From a virus (Duplodnaviria > Caudoviricetes): DNA of 64,000 bases. Positions 38,995 through 48,007 of the stretch are shown here, piece by piece; position 1 is the stretch's first letter; each line of letters starts with the position of its first letter. A model generated the notes under the pieces. It worked only from the letters and a program-made list of their open reading frames with translations, did not search any database and was not told the origin of the DNA. The stretch is from the IMG/VR virus record IMGVR_UViG_2595698595_000001, positions 128,001 to 192,000 of that record. One strand, given 5' to 3'. The position numbers were made by a program, and so were the translations under genes.

Positions 38995-39978
38995 ATGGCT
39001 AAGGTAAAACTTACAAAAAACGAACAATCAATTCTTGATGCTATAAAAAACGGTTCAACAACTATCGAATCGATCTCAGAAAAAGCTAACGTTGCTAAAA
39101 ACGTAGCACATCTTCTTGCAGGTTCACTTGTTAAGAAATCATTAGTTCGTAAAAATCCAAACGATAAAACTTTCTCAATTGTTCCAGAAGGTGCTGATAC
39201 TTCTAAAATCGTATGTTACGGTAACTTGTTATTACCGGTTCGTTTCTATGTAAACAAACAAACTAAACAACGTTACGCTATTCGTGGAACTTGGAATCCA
39301 GTTGAGGATCATATTACTGAAGATGATATTCAATGGATCGATGATACAATTTCTCAGAAATCTAAGAAAGGTAAAACTGAATCTAAAAATCGTGATGGTT
39401 TAGCTAAACCAAGATTACGTGTAATAACACCTTCAAAATTCCAAGTTTGGTCAGAATTACCTTTAACTGATAAACAATTATCGGGTGAATACAAAGGTAA
39501 AACAGGTGATTTCAATATTGATTTCAAGGTCAAGGAATCTCGTGGTGAACAAACTCATATCGAAGCTTGTATCAATTTCAAAATCGGTAAAATTACTTGG
39601 AGCATGTACCCAGTAACTAAAACTGATGTTCTTGTTGATACTGATAAATTGGAAAAATTCATCAAAGGAAAGGGTGAATCTATCTTCACTTTGGAACAAT
39701 TCATTTGGCGAAATCCAGACCAAGTAATTCAATATCCAGTCGATATCAAAGTTAACGAAGACACATCTTTGATTGGTACAACAATTCAATTCGTTAAATG
39801 GAAAGATATTAATAATCTTTCTTGGAATGTTTTCCAAATCACTTGTGCTGCTACAAACGGTAACTGTAAATTCAAGAAAATGTCATCTGGTACTGGGTCA
39901 TTAGAGGAAGCTTTGAAATCTGTAAATGGAATGCCAGCATTTGTATCAGCTTTAGAAGCTTTCAAAATCGTAAAATAA
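38995..39978 (+). CDS. winged-helix DNA-binding protein
   Basis: LTKNEQSILDAI...TIESISEKANV...LAGSLVKKSLV wHTH pattern. Confidence 0.65.
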   Translation: MAKVKLTKNEQSILDAIKNGSTTIESISEKANVAKNVAHLLAGSLVKKSLVRKNPNDKTFSIVPEGADTSKIVCYGNLLLPVRFYVNKQTKQRYAIRGTWNPVEDHITEDDIQWIDDTISQKSKKGKTESKNRDGLAKPRLRVITPSKFQVWSELPLTDKQLSGEYKGKTGDFNIDFKVKESRGEQTHIEACINFKIGKITWSMYPVTKTDVLVDTDKLEKFIKGKGESIFTLEQFIWRNPDQVIQYPVDIKVNEDTSLIGTTIQFVKWKDINNLSWNVFQITCAATNGNCKFKKMSSGTGSLEEALKSVNGMPAFVSALEAFKIVK

Positions 39979-39999
39979 TAACACACTACTAAATCCTAA

Positions 40000-40027
40000 G
40001 ATTCGGAAGATTTTTATCTTCCGAATC
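40000..40027 (+). terminator. intrinsic terminator
   Basis: GATTCGGAAGAT-TTTT-ATCTTCCGAATC followed by ATTTTT. Confidence 0.65.
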
Positions 40028-40052
40028 ATTTTTAAAAGCTAAAAACGAAATA

Positions 40053-40676
40053 ATGATTAACACACCATACGAAAAACAAGTTGCGATTTTTGAAGAACTT
40101 AAAGAAGATTTTACTGACAGATTAGCACTTTTACTTGATAGTGAATTTGGACAAGACACTCAAGATTTACTTGATGTAAAATTCCTAGAAACTGGTATCA
40201 TAATCTGTGACAAAGTATTTGTCGAATACGATCAAACTGTTATAACACCAACTTTCAATATCAAACCATTATCTTCGTTTGAAGATTTCAAAATCATTAA
40301 TGCTGTACTTTCGAATAAAGATGAAATCAAAGATTTCGTTAAGAAATATCATATAACTTTGGAAACTATTAAATCGTTTTCGAACAAATCAATTTCTGAG
40401 GAAAATCCAATCATTGAAGAAATCAAAAACGAAATCCAAGCTGGAATCTTGGAAGGTGATATCACTGATAACGTTTACGAAATCAATGAAAACTTGTTCT
40501 TGAAAATCTTATCATATGGTACTTCAAGACAATTACATGTAACTGTTGGATTTTTCAGAGACATTCAATTAGAAGAAAATCCTTTCAGAATAGATCGAAT
40601 CAATAAAGATGATTTATTCGAAAGACTAACATATCTTATCAATCACGAATTAGACAATACTACTTTAGTAGACTAG
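40053..40676 (+). CDS. acidic hypothetical protein
   Basis: D/E-rich ORF. Confidence 0.6.
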   Translation: MINTPYEKQVAIFEELKEDFTDRLALLLDSEFGQDTQDLLDVKFLETGIIICDKVFVEYDQTVITPTFNIKPLSSFEDFKIINAVLSNKDEIKDFVKKYHITLETIKSFSNKSISEENPIIEEIKNEIQAGILEGDITDNVYEINENLFLKILSYGTSRQLHVTVGFFRDIQLEENPFRIDRINKDDLFERLTYLINHELDNTTLVD

Positions 40677-40711
40677 GTTGTAGTTGACCATTTTATATTT
40701 TTGTTATTTTT

Positions 40712-40745
40712 AAAGAACTGGATATTAACGTATCCAGTTCTTTTC
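40712..40745 (+). terminator. intrinsic terminator
   Basis: AAAGAACTGGATA-TTAACG-TATCCAGTTCTTT(T). Confidence 0.75.
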
Positions 40746-40770
40746 GATTAGATCAAATCGTTATTCAGAT

Positions 40771-40799
40771 TGAAACGATTTCATATTTGTTAGTATAAT
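40771..40799 (+). promoter_or_regulatory. promoter without hairpin
   Basis: TGAAAC-N14-TAGTATAAT upstream of DinG. Confidence 0.7.
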
Positions 40800-40838
40800 A
40801 TATTTCAATACAAATATATTTACACTAATGTCATACAA

Positions 40839-42767
40839 ATGAACGACAAAGATTTTATCGACGACCTAGATGCGTTATTATCCCCAAAACCTGAAAATGT
40901 TTCAACGGAAACTGAAGAAACAAAAGAACTTGTAGAAAAACGTTCAAGGATTCTTGAATGTCTTGATAAAGTAATCGATAAGCTATGCGAGAATCCTGGA
41001 ATCTTACGAGAAAGAATCGAACAAACTCAGAAACCTATTATCGAAAAAGCTCTTAACGCTTATATCAAAGGTGTTAAGAATTACATTGTAGAAGCACCTA
41101 CAGGTGCTGGTAAATCAATCATTGGATTACTTATTAACGAATCAATCTATCTTTACAACAATAAAGATATTGCAGCTTATACGTTAACACCTACAAAGAT
41201 TTTACAGGATCAGTTAGATGAAGACAACAAACGTTTGAATCTTGGATGGGCTTTGTTAAAGGGTCAAGGTAATTACATGTGTCTTGAAAACAATGAAAAC
41301 TTTACGAAAAGAGCTTGCCATAAGTTAGCTATTTCTAAAGCAGCTCAATTACCTTGTGCTGAAACATGTGAATACATTCAAAAACGTAAAGCTGCTATTT
41401 TGTCACATAACGCTGTATTATCTTACGCTTATTGGTTATCTGCTATGAATTACATGTATAACATGCTTGGAGATAATTCACCATTTCAACCGAGAGAAGT
41501 TACAGTATTTGATGAATGTCATATGTTAGCTGATACAGTTCAAAGTATGTTTCAAGTTGAAATATCGAATCAAGTTCAGGATAGAATCGTTAAGCTAATT
41601 TCATTCTATGAATCTGTTGAAAAAGATGTTTACAAGCTTGAAAGAATGTTTGGACTCACTAAAGATTTCAAGAAATGTTTCGATCATCTTTTCAAGATTA
41701 CTAACGAACAATCATTGAAAGATGTTTACGATACTATGCTAATGACTACAGCATATATTCATAGGATTTCGAATATGTTCTTAGACTTCATTCAAGAATA
41801 TTTTCCTAAGAATACTAACCTTTGGTCTGTTGGTCAACAAGAATTCGATAAGAACTTTGAAAGATTCGCATCAGTTTCTTCAAACATGAAATTCTTCTTA
41901 TCAAATAACAAAGATATTGAAAACATTGTTGCAGATAAAACAGTTTTAGATGATGGTACCGTAGTTCTACTATTTAGAACTCTTAACGAATCTAGTTTAA
42001 TGGCTAGACATGTTCATAAGTATACACAATTCGCAGTATGGACTTCAGCTACATTAGGTGGACGTAAAGGTTTAGAATCTTGGGCTGAACAAAATGGTAT
42101 TACGAATTACGAATATACTATCATGGAATCTAATTTCGATTTCGAAAATTGTCCTATCAATATCTGTTCACCTACTATTTCAATGTCATTCAAAGATAAG
42201 GCGAATAACATGAATGCTTTAATGATGCGAATCATGACTTTGATCAATTGTCACGAAGATGAACGTGGTATCATTCATACTGGTAATTTCGAAATAGCTA
42301 GAAATCTTAAGACTCGTACTGAAAAAGGTAATGACAGATTCATTTTCTATAACAATTCATTTGAAAAAGCTCACGCTATCGAAGAACTTAAACGTTCTAA
42401 AAATGGTATTATCGTTGGACCTTCGTTATCAGAAGGATTGGATTTGAAAGATGATTTAGCCAGATTCGCTATTCTCGCTAAAGTACCTTATCCGTCACTA
42501 GCTGATTCATTGAACAAATTAAAACTTGAAAGAATTCCAGGATGGTATGATTGGCAAACAGTTGTAACTGTTCAACAGCAGTTAGGTAGACACGTAAGAC
42601 ATAAAACGGATTGGGGTACAACTTATATGTTAGATTCGGGATTCGAAAGAGTTATAACTAATTCTACATTCCCGAATTACATTGCTAACCGTTTTACAAA
42701 AATCAATGTCAATAAATTAGTAACAGATTTCCAAAATCAAGATTCAGATTTCGATGACTTATACTAA
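40839..42767 (+). CDS. DinG/XPD-family Fe-S helicase
   Basis: EAPTGAGKS, KGQGNYMC..C..C..C, DECH, SATL, EGLDL, KVPYP, QQLGRHVRH..DWG. Confidence 0.9.
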   Translation: MNDKDFIDDLDALLSPKPENVSTETEETKELVEKRSRILECLDKVIDKLCENPGILRERIEQTQKPIIEKALNAYIKGVKNYIVEAPTGAGKSIIGLLINESIYLYNNKDIAAYTLTPTKILQDQLDEDNKRLNLGWALLKGQGNYMCLENNENFTKRACHKLAISKAAQLPCAETCEYIQKRKAAILSHNAVLSYAYWLSAMNYMYNMLGDNSPFQPREVTVFDECHMLADTVQSMFQVEISNQVQDRIVKLISFYESVEKDVYKLERMFGLTKDFKKCFDHLFKITNEQSLKDVYDTMLMTTAYIHRISNMFLDFIQEYFPKNTNLWSVGQQEFDKNFERFASVSSNMKFFLSNNKDIENIVADKTVLDDGTVVLLFRTLNESSLMARHVHKYTQFAVWTSATLGGRKGLESWAEQNGITNYEYTIMESNFDFENCPINICSPTISMSFKDKANNMNALMMRIMTLINCHEDERGIIHTGNFEIARNLKTRTEKGNDRFIFYNNSFEKAHAIEELKRSKNGIIVGPSLSEGLDLKDDLARFAILAKVPYPSLADSLNKLKLERIPGWYDWQTVVTVQQQLGRHVRHKTDWGTTYMLDSGFERVITNSTFPNYIANRFTKINVNKLVTDFQNQDSDFDDLY

Positions 42768-43038
42768 AATCAAAGAACAATTCAAAGATCGATACAATCA
42801 GATTTGTATCGATCTAATGGAAATGATAATCGAGGAAGTTCTATACATAAACGTTTCTATAAACGAATCCGATCAAATGGAAAGCATTTTAGATTCTATG
42901 GAACTATCAGCTTTAAGTTCTGTAATCGATAAATACTATCAAGTTTCGATAAGTAATACTGAAATAAGTTATAAGACTTTCGAAGAGTTAGTATGTCGAA
43001 TCATTTACTTACAAGTAACACCACAGTCAAGGTTATGA
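42754..43038 (+). CDS. acyl-carrier-protein-like (retains DSM serine)
   Basis: LDSMELSALSSVIDKYYQVSIS...KTFEELV matches the ACP pattern DSL..E....E..F.I.I...T..D.V. Confidence 0.6.
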   Translation: MTYTKIKEQFKDRYNQICIDLMEMIIEEVLYINVSINESDQMESILDSMELSALSSVIDKYYQVSISNTEISYKTFEELVCRIIYLQVTPQSRL

Positions 43039-43295
43039 AAAAGACACATAGTGAAATCATCTCTACTATAAATTCAGATTTAGAAGATTTTATGCGATCT
43101 AATAGCATGAATACTAGATTTTCGTATAATGAATATCTTTATAGACTTTGGAGAAGAGAAGATTACGAAGCTTTCTGTGAACATGTAATACATAAGTACG
43201 ATGGATATAACATCAAACGTCAGTTTTTCATGACTATGAACACACTTATAACTAATCTAGCGAACAGGGAAATTATTAAACAACAAAATTCTTAA
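43035..43295 (+). CDS. degenerate ACP-like paralog
   Basis: Same length and helix pattern as neighbours (EYL..LWRREDY...Y...TMNTL); ATG 43035 preferred. Confidence 0.4.
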   Translation: MKKTHSEIISTINSDLEDFMRSNSMNTRFSYNEYLYRLWRREDYEAFCEHVIHKYDGYNIKRQFFMTMNTLITNLANREIIKQQNS

Positions 43296-43300
43296 AAACT

Positions 43301-43564
43301 ATGATATCAAAGAAACGTTATCAATCAAAATATGACGAAATCAGGTTAGACTTGAATTTCTTCTTAGTAACAGAATTAGATCAGTCTAAAGACTTACAGG
43401 ATTCTGATGTTCTAAACAAAGTATTAGATCATATGGAAATTGCTGATTTGAAAGACTATTTAGAATCAGAATATAACTGTAAAGTTGGAATCGATGCTAT
43501 GACTTATCATGATCTTATCGATCTTCTAACTTTAAGATACTTCGTAAATATAGATTCCGAATAG
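43301..43564 (+). CDS. ACP-like protein, Ser replaced by His
   Basis: LDHMEIADLKDYLESEYNCKV...TYHDLIDLL. Confidence 0.55.
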   Translation: MISKKRYQSKYDEIRLDLNFFLVTELDQSKDLQDSDVLNKVLDHMEIADLKDYLESEYNCKVGIDAMTYHDLIDLLTLRYFVNIDSE

Positions 43565-43566
43565 AC

Positions 43567-43878
43567 ATGGAAAATTTCAAAGAAGTTTGCGATTATCTAA
43601 AGTCTGAACTAAAAGAAGTATGTTCTTTAGATTACGAAATATATGCTTACGAAACTCTTTCAGACTTTATCGACGATTATGATATCTTGAATTTCATTTC
43701 AATAATCAAACATAAGAATCGAGGTTTATGTAATATCGAAGTATCGGATTACAGGAAACTGACATTAACTGATATAGCGAACAATATTCTATATAATAAA
43801 AATAGATTGGAACTTTTCGATCTATTTTCTAAAGCTAGTAAAAGAATGAGAGAATCTTGTAAAATCTTGTACACGTAA
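43567..43878 (+). CDS. ACP-like protein, Ser replaced by Asp
   Basis: ETLSDFIDDYDILNFISII...NIEVSDYRKLTLTDIANNI. Confidence 0.5.
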   Translation: MENFKEVCDYLKSELKEVCSLDYEIYAYETLSDFIDDYDILNFISIIKHKNRGLCNIEVSDYRKLTLTDIANNILYNKNRLELFDLFSKASKRMRESCKILYT

Positions 43879-43939
43879 ACATAAAATATCAAGTTTAGTA
43901 TAATACATATAATTCAATATATAAATTCAGACAAAGAAC

Positions 43940-44206
43940 ATGACAGAACCTATCATTACAGTGTTGTCTAAAAACGGTTGCGTTCCCTGCGAAACTGTTA
44001 AAGCTACACTTAAATCGAGTAACATAAAGTTTGAAGAAATCAACTTATTCGATAACGCACATATTGCTACCAAATTCAAAATTCGAAACGTACCAACTGT
44101 AATGTTTACTAATAAACCATTAACAGATGATACAGCTATAGAAGTTTCGGAAAAATTCACAGGTCCTGGAACATTGGACAAAATTCAACAATACGTTTCT
44201 AAATAA
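43940..44206 (+). CDS. nrdH: NrdH/glutaredoxin-like redoxin
   Basis: CVPC motif and IRNVPT; first gene of the nrd operon. Confidence 0.75.
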   Translation: MTEPIITVLSKNGCVPCETVKATLKSSNIKFEEINLFDNAHIATKFKIRNVPTVMFTNKPLTDDTAIEVSEKFTGPGTLDKIQQYVSK

Positions 44207-44577
44207 TGACTATCGTTTATGACTCAAGGACTGGGAATATTGAACGATTCATTAACAAAGTAAAAGAACAAACTGGATGGACTTTCGTTAAGATTGATAA
44301 GAATCTTGTCATCGATGAGAAAGTCCATCTTGTTACTTATACTACAGGTTTCGGACACCTCCCAAATCCTACAAAGGCTTTTCTAGCAAATCAATCTAAT
44401 GTAAACAATTTACTTTCTGTATCAGTAAGTGGTAATCGTAACTGGGGACCTAATTTCGGTAAGGCTGGTGATATCATCTCAGATGAATACAACGTTCCGT
44501 TACTATTGAAATTCGAATTATCTGGTAATCCCTCTGAAATAGAAGCATTCATTGAAAACATTCAAAAATTCTCTTAA
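44206..44577 (+). CDS. nrdI: class Ib RNR flavodoxin
   Basis: YDSRTGNIERF, YTTGFG, SGNRNWG..F, KFELSG. Confidence 0.93.
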   Translation: MTIVYDSRTGNIERFINKVKEQTGWTFVKIDKNLVIDEKVHLVTYTTGFGHLPNPTKAFLANQSNVNNLLSVSVSGNRNWGPNFGKAGDIISDEYNVPLLLKFELSGNPSEIEAFIENIQKFS

Positions 44578-44583
44578 TACAAT

Positions 44584-47166
44584 ATGAACAATCCTTGGAT
44601 TTTACTTAACAACCAGCTGTTAAATCGAGCTGAAGGAACAATCGATTTAGAAAAAGACAAAGAAGCCGCGAGACAATTCTTCCTAGGATATGTAAACAAG
44701 AATATGGTTTGGTTCCATTCGTTACATGAGAAACTATGTCATTTGGTTAACGAAGGTTACTATTTCGATATGTTTCAGAATTACGAATATGAAGAAATCA
44801 AGGAGGTATTTTCATTCGTATATTCTAAGAAATTTCGTTTCCAATCGTATATGGCTGCATTCTTATTTTACAAGAACTATGCAATGCGTGATGGAGAAAC
44901 AGATCAATTCTTTGAAAGATATGAAGATCGTATAGCTACAGTAGCATTATATACTTCAATTGATCTTAAAACTGGTAAAGGTGATTTACAAAAAGCTTTA
45001 GCACAAGCTGAAATCATGATTAATCAGGAATATCAACCTGCTACCCCGACATTCTCAAACGCTGGAAAACTTAAAGGTGGTGAATTGGTATCATGTTTCT
45101 TAGATGAAATCGGTGATTCTAAAGTTGGAATATCCAAATCTATTCAAGCCGCATTGGATTTATCTTCGATGGGTGGAGGTGTATCGTTTAACGTATCTAA
45201 ATTACGTGCACGTGGTGAAGCTATTAAAGGAATCGACGGAAGAGCTTCAGGTGTTTTACCAGTAATGAAAATCCTTGAAGATGCTTTTTCATATGCTAAT
45301 CAATTAGGACAACGTCCAGGTGCTGGAGCTGCTTATATCAATATCTTCCATTCAGATGTTGAAGAATTTCTAGATTCTAAGAAAATCAACGCTGACGAAA
45401 AATCACGTCTTAAATCGCTTTCGTTAGGTGTTATCGTTCCTGACAAATTCATGGAATTAGCTGAGAAGGATGAACCATTTTATGTTTTCTATCCATATAC
45501 AGTTAAGAAAGAATACGGTAAACATCTAGATGATTTGGATATCGATACAATGTATTCCGAATTAGTTTCTAATCCTAATGTTAAGAAACGTAAGTTAAAT
45601 GCTAGACGTATGTTAACTAAGATTGCACAAGTTCAGAAAGAATCAGGTTATCCATATTTCTTCTTGAAAACTAATGCTAACGAATATCATCCTTTGAAGA
45701 ATTTGGGAGACGTTAAGTTTTCTAATTTATGTTTTACTGGTGATACTTTAGTTAACATAATTACTAGAGATGGTCAATATGTTAAACGTACTATTGAAGA
45801 TTTATCTACAAATTTCGATCATGAAAAAGAAGGATGTATAACAGTACAGGGTGCGTATTGGTCCGATGATAAAGGTCAATGGGACTATGAATGGTTTTAT
45901 GCTACAGCTTTCCAGACAGGTTGGAAAAAAGTAATAAAACTTGAACTATCTAACGGTGGTAATATAAAATGTACACCCAATCATGAAATAGCTACAATTC
46001 ATGGAAAGTATGTCAAGGCTTCAGAATCGATTGGTTCTATTTTAGCTTCAGATTCTAATAATGTATATGTAACTGATATTAAAGAATTAAACGAATGTGT
46101 TCCAGTGTACGATTTGAATGTACAAGGCCCCCATAATTTTACTATTTCTGTAAGTGATAACGAATCGGTTTTAGTTCATAACTGTACCGAAATCATGCAA
46201 TATTCAGAAGTGTCAGAATACAATGATTACGATAAGCAACATAACGATAAAATCAATTACGGTATTTCATGTAACTTAGGTTCTCTAAACATCGCAACTG
46301 TTATGAAGAATTCTAAAGATACTAATCGTTTCGAAAGGATCATAAGTACTGCAATGGATTCTTTAACTCATGTAACTGATCGAACTAACATTGCTGCTGT
46401 TCCTGCTATTGCTAGAGCTAACAAACATTTCAGGTCTGTTGGATTAGGTGCTATGAATTTACATGGTTATCTTGCACAAAATGAAATCATGTTCGAATCT
46501 GATGAAGCTTTAGATTTCGTTAATGTATTCTTCGGAATGGTAAATTACTATTCATTGAAACGTTCCATGGAAATTAGTAGAGAACGTGATTGTGACACTT
46601 TCGAAGGATTTGATGAATCTGAATATGGAAATGGTAAGTACTTTGACAGATACATAGATAACTTCAATCTAGAACCTAAATTCGATAAAACTAGTGAGTT
46701 ATTCGAAGGTATCGAAATTCCAAGTTTACAAGATTGGGTTGACTTAAAGGATGATGTAATGAATTACGGTATCTATCATGCATATCGTTTAGCTATTGCA
46801 CCTAACCAGTCAACAGCTTACATTATGTCAGCCACTCCTTCGATAATGCCAATATCTGATCAAGTTGAAGTACGTGAATATGATCATTCGACAACCTTTT
46901 ATCCTATGCCTGGAATGAACGATGATAACATGTTCTTCTATAAATCAGCATACGATATGGATCAGTTTAAGGTATTACGTTTAGTATCAGTTATTCAACG
47001 TCATATCGATCAAGGAATTTCATGTATTTTACATACAAATTCTGAAGATGATACCGCATTAATGGCAAGATATTACATCTACGCTTGGAAGATGAAACTG
47101 AAATCGTTGTATTATACACGAACTCGTAAATCCTCTATTGACGGATGTATATCCTGTTCAGCTTAA
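44584..47166 (+). CDS. nrdE: class Ib ribonucleotide reductase alpha subunit, intein-containing
   Basis: FQSYMAA, PATPTF, LVSCF, SNL/CTE, CNLGS, APNQS, KSLYYTR, C-terminal CISC. Confidence 0.96.
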   Translation: MNNPWILLNNQLLNRAEGTIDLEKDKEAARQFFLGYVNKNMVWFHSLHEKLCHLVNEGYYFDMFQNYEYEEIKEVFSFVYSKKFRFQSYMAAFLFYKNYAMRDGETDQFFERYEDRIATVALYTSIDLKTGKGDLQKALAQAEIMINQEYQPATPTFSNAGKLKGGELVSCFLDEIGDSKVGISKSIQAALDLSSMGGGVSFNVSKLRARGEAIKGIDGRASGVLPVMKILEDAFSYANQLGQRPGAGAAYINIFHSDVEEFLDSKKINADEKSRLKSLSLGVIVPDKFMELAEKDEPFYVFYPYTVKKEYGKHLDDLDIDTMYSELVSNPNVKKRKLNARRMLTKIAQVQKESGYPYFFLKTNANEYHPLKNLGDVKFSNLCFTGDTLVNIITRDGQYVKRTIEDLSTNFDHEKEGCITVQGAYWSDDKGQWDYEWFYATAFQTGWKKVIKLELSNGGNIKCTPNHEIATIHGKYVKASESIGSILASDSNNVYVTDIKELNECVPVYDLNVQGPHNFTISVSDNESVLVHNCTEIMQYSEVSEYNDYDKQHNDKINYGISCNLGSLNIATVMKNSKDTNRFERIISTAMDSLTHVTDRTNIAAVPAIARANKHFRSVGLGAMNLHGYLAQNEIMFESDEALDFVNVFFGMVNYYSLKRSMEISRERDCDTFEGFDESEYGNGKYFDRYIDNFNLEPKFDKTSELFEGIEIPSLQDWVDLKDDVMNYGIYHAYRLAIAPNQSTAYIMSATPSIMPISDQVEVREYDHSTTFYPMPGMNDDNMFFYKSAYDMDQFKVLRLVSVIQRHIDQGISCILHTNSEDDTALMARYYIYAWKMKLKSLYYTRTRKSSIDGCISCSA
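45730..46182 (+). mobile_element. mini-intein (151 aa, no endonuclease) in NrdE
   Basis: Starts CFTGDT; block B CTPNH; block F VYDLNV..HNF; ends VHN before the catalytic Cys. Confidence 0.92.
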
Positions 47167-47171
47167 AAACT

Positions 47172-47213
47172 AAACCCATGTAACTGAAACTTACATGGGT
47201 TTCTTAGTAAGAT
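47172..47213 (+). promoter_or_regulatory. hairpin cassette, type A (also a likely nrdE terminator)
   Basis: AAACCCATGTAA-CTGAAAC-TTACATGGGTTT-CT-TAGTAAGAT. Confidence 0.75.
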
Positions 47214-47237
47214 ATACATACTATTAAAAATAACTAA

Positions 47238-47915
47238 ATGAAAACACTTACTAAGATATACGAAAGTCTTTCATAGATTAATGTCGGTGATTATGTAAAA
47301 CTTACAGGATATGATAAAGATTACAGAGAAGCTGTAAGAGATTCTATAACACAAAATTTACTTGGTTTCGAATTCAATGGTGATAGAATTGCATGGGTAG
47401 CTGCTGCTAAATACATAAACGATGCTGTAATGCAAGTTACAGGAATAGAAGATTCTAATTGGGGTGTTCGTGCTAATCTTGAATTGTCGACAGGTGTAAG
47501 TCCTGAGAAACGTAGAATGTCTATCCCTTTAACATTCTTATCACCTGCTTCAAAATCGGAAGTTAAATCATGGTATGACATGAAATTCGATGACTATATC
47601 AAAGAATATGGTACACCTAAAATTCTATCAGAAAAAGAATTTAAAGAAAGACAATCAGTACCAAGTTCTAAAATGTTCCTAGTAACAAAACCATTTACGT
47701 TTAAAGGTAAACATGGTCAACTTAAATTCAGTAAGAATGATATAGCTAAATACTGGAATCAGAGTGGTAGTTTGGGTGACTTATTTACAGTAACTAATGT
47801 TACCACTGATAAATCTGATTCTAAAATGGAAACCGGTTATTCTGATACTCAAAATACTTCTGACAATCTTAAAGAATTGACTTATAAAGATTACGTAAAG
47901 TACATAAATAAATAA
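47238..47915 (+). pseudogene. MK-x5-YE leader gene interrupted by an in-frame TAG at 47274-47276
   Basis: MKTLTKIYESLS*INVGDYVKL... continues in frame into ORF 47430..47915. Confidence 0.65.
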
Positions 47916-47935
47916 TTGTTTTAGTATTTTTAAAA

Positions 47936-47979
47936 GAAACCCTCGGAAACTGAAACTTTCGAGGGTTTCGTAGTATAAT
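47936..47979 (+). promoter_or_regulatory. hairpin promoter cassette, type B
   Basis: GAAACCCTCG-GAAACTGAAACTTT-CGAGGGTTTC-G-TAGTATAAT. Confidence 0.8.
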
Positions 47980-48007
47980 ATATACTAATAACAAATATAT
48001 TTCAACT

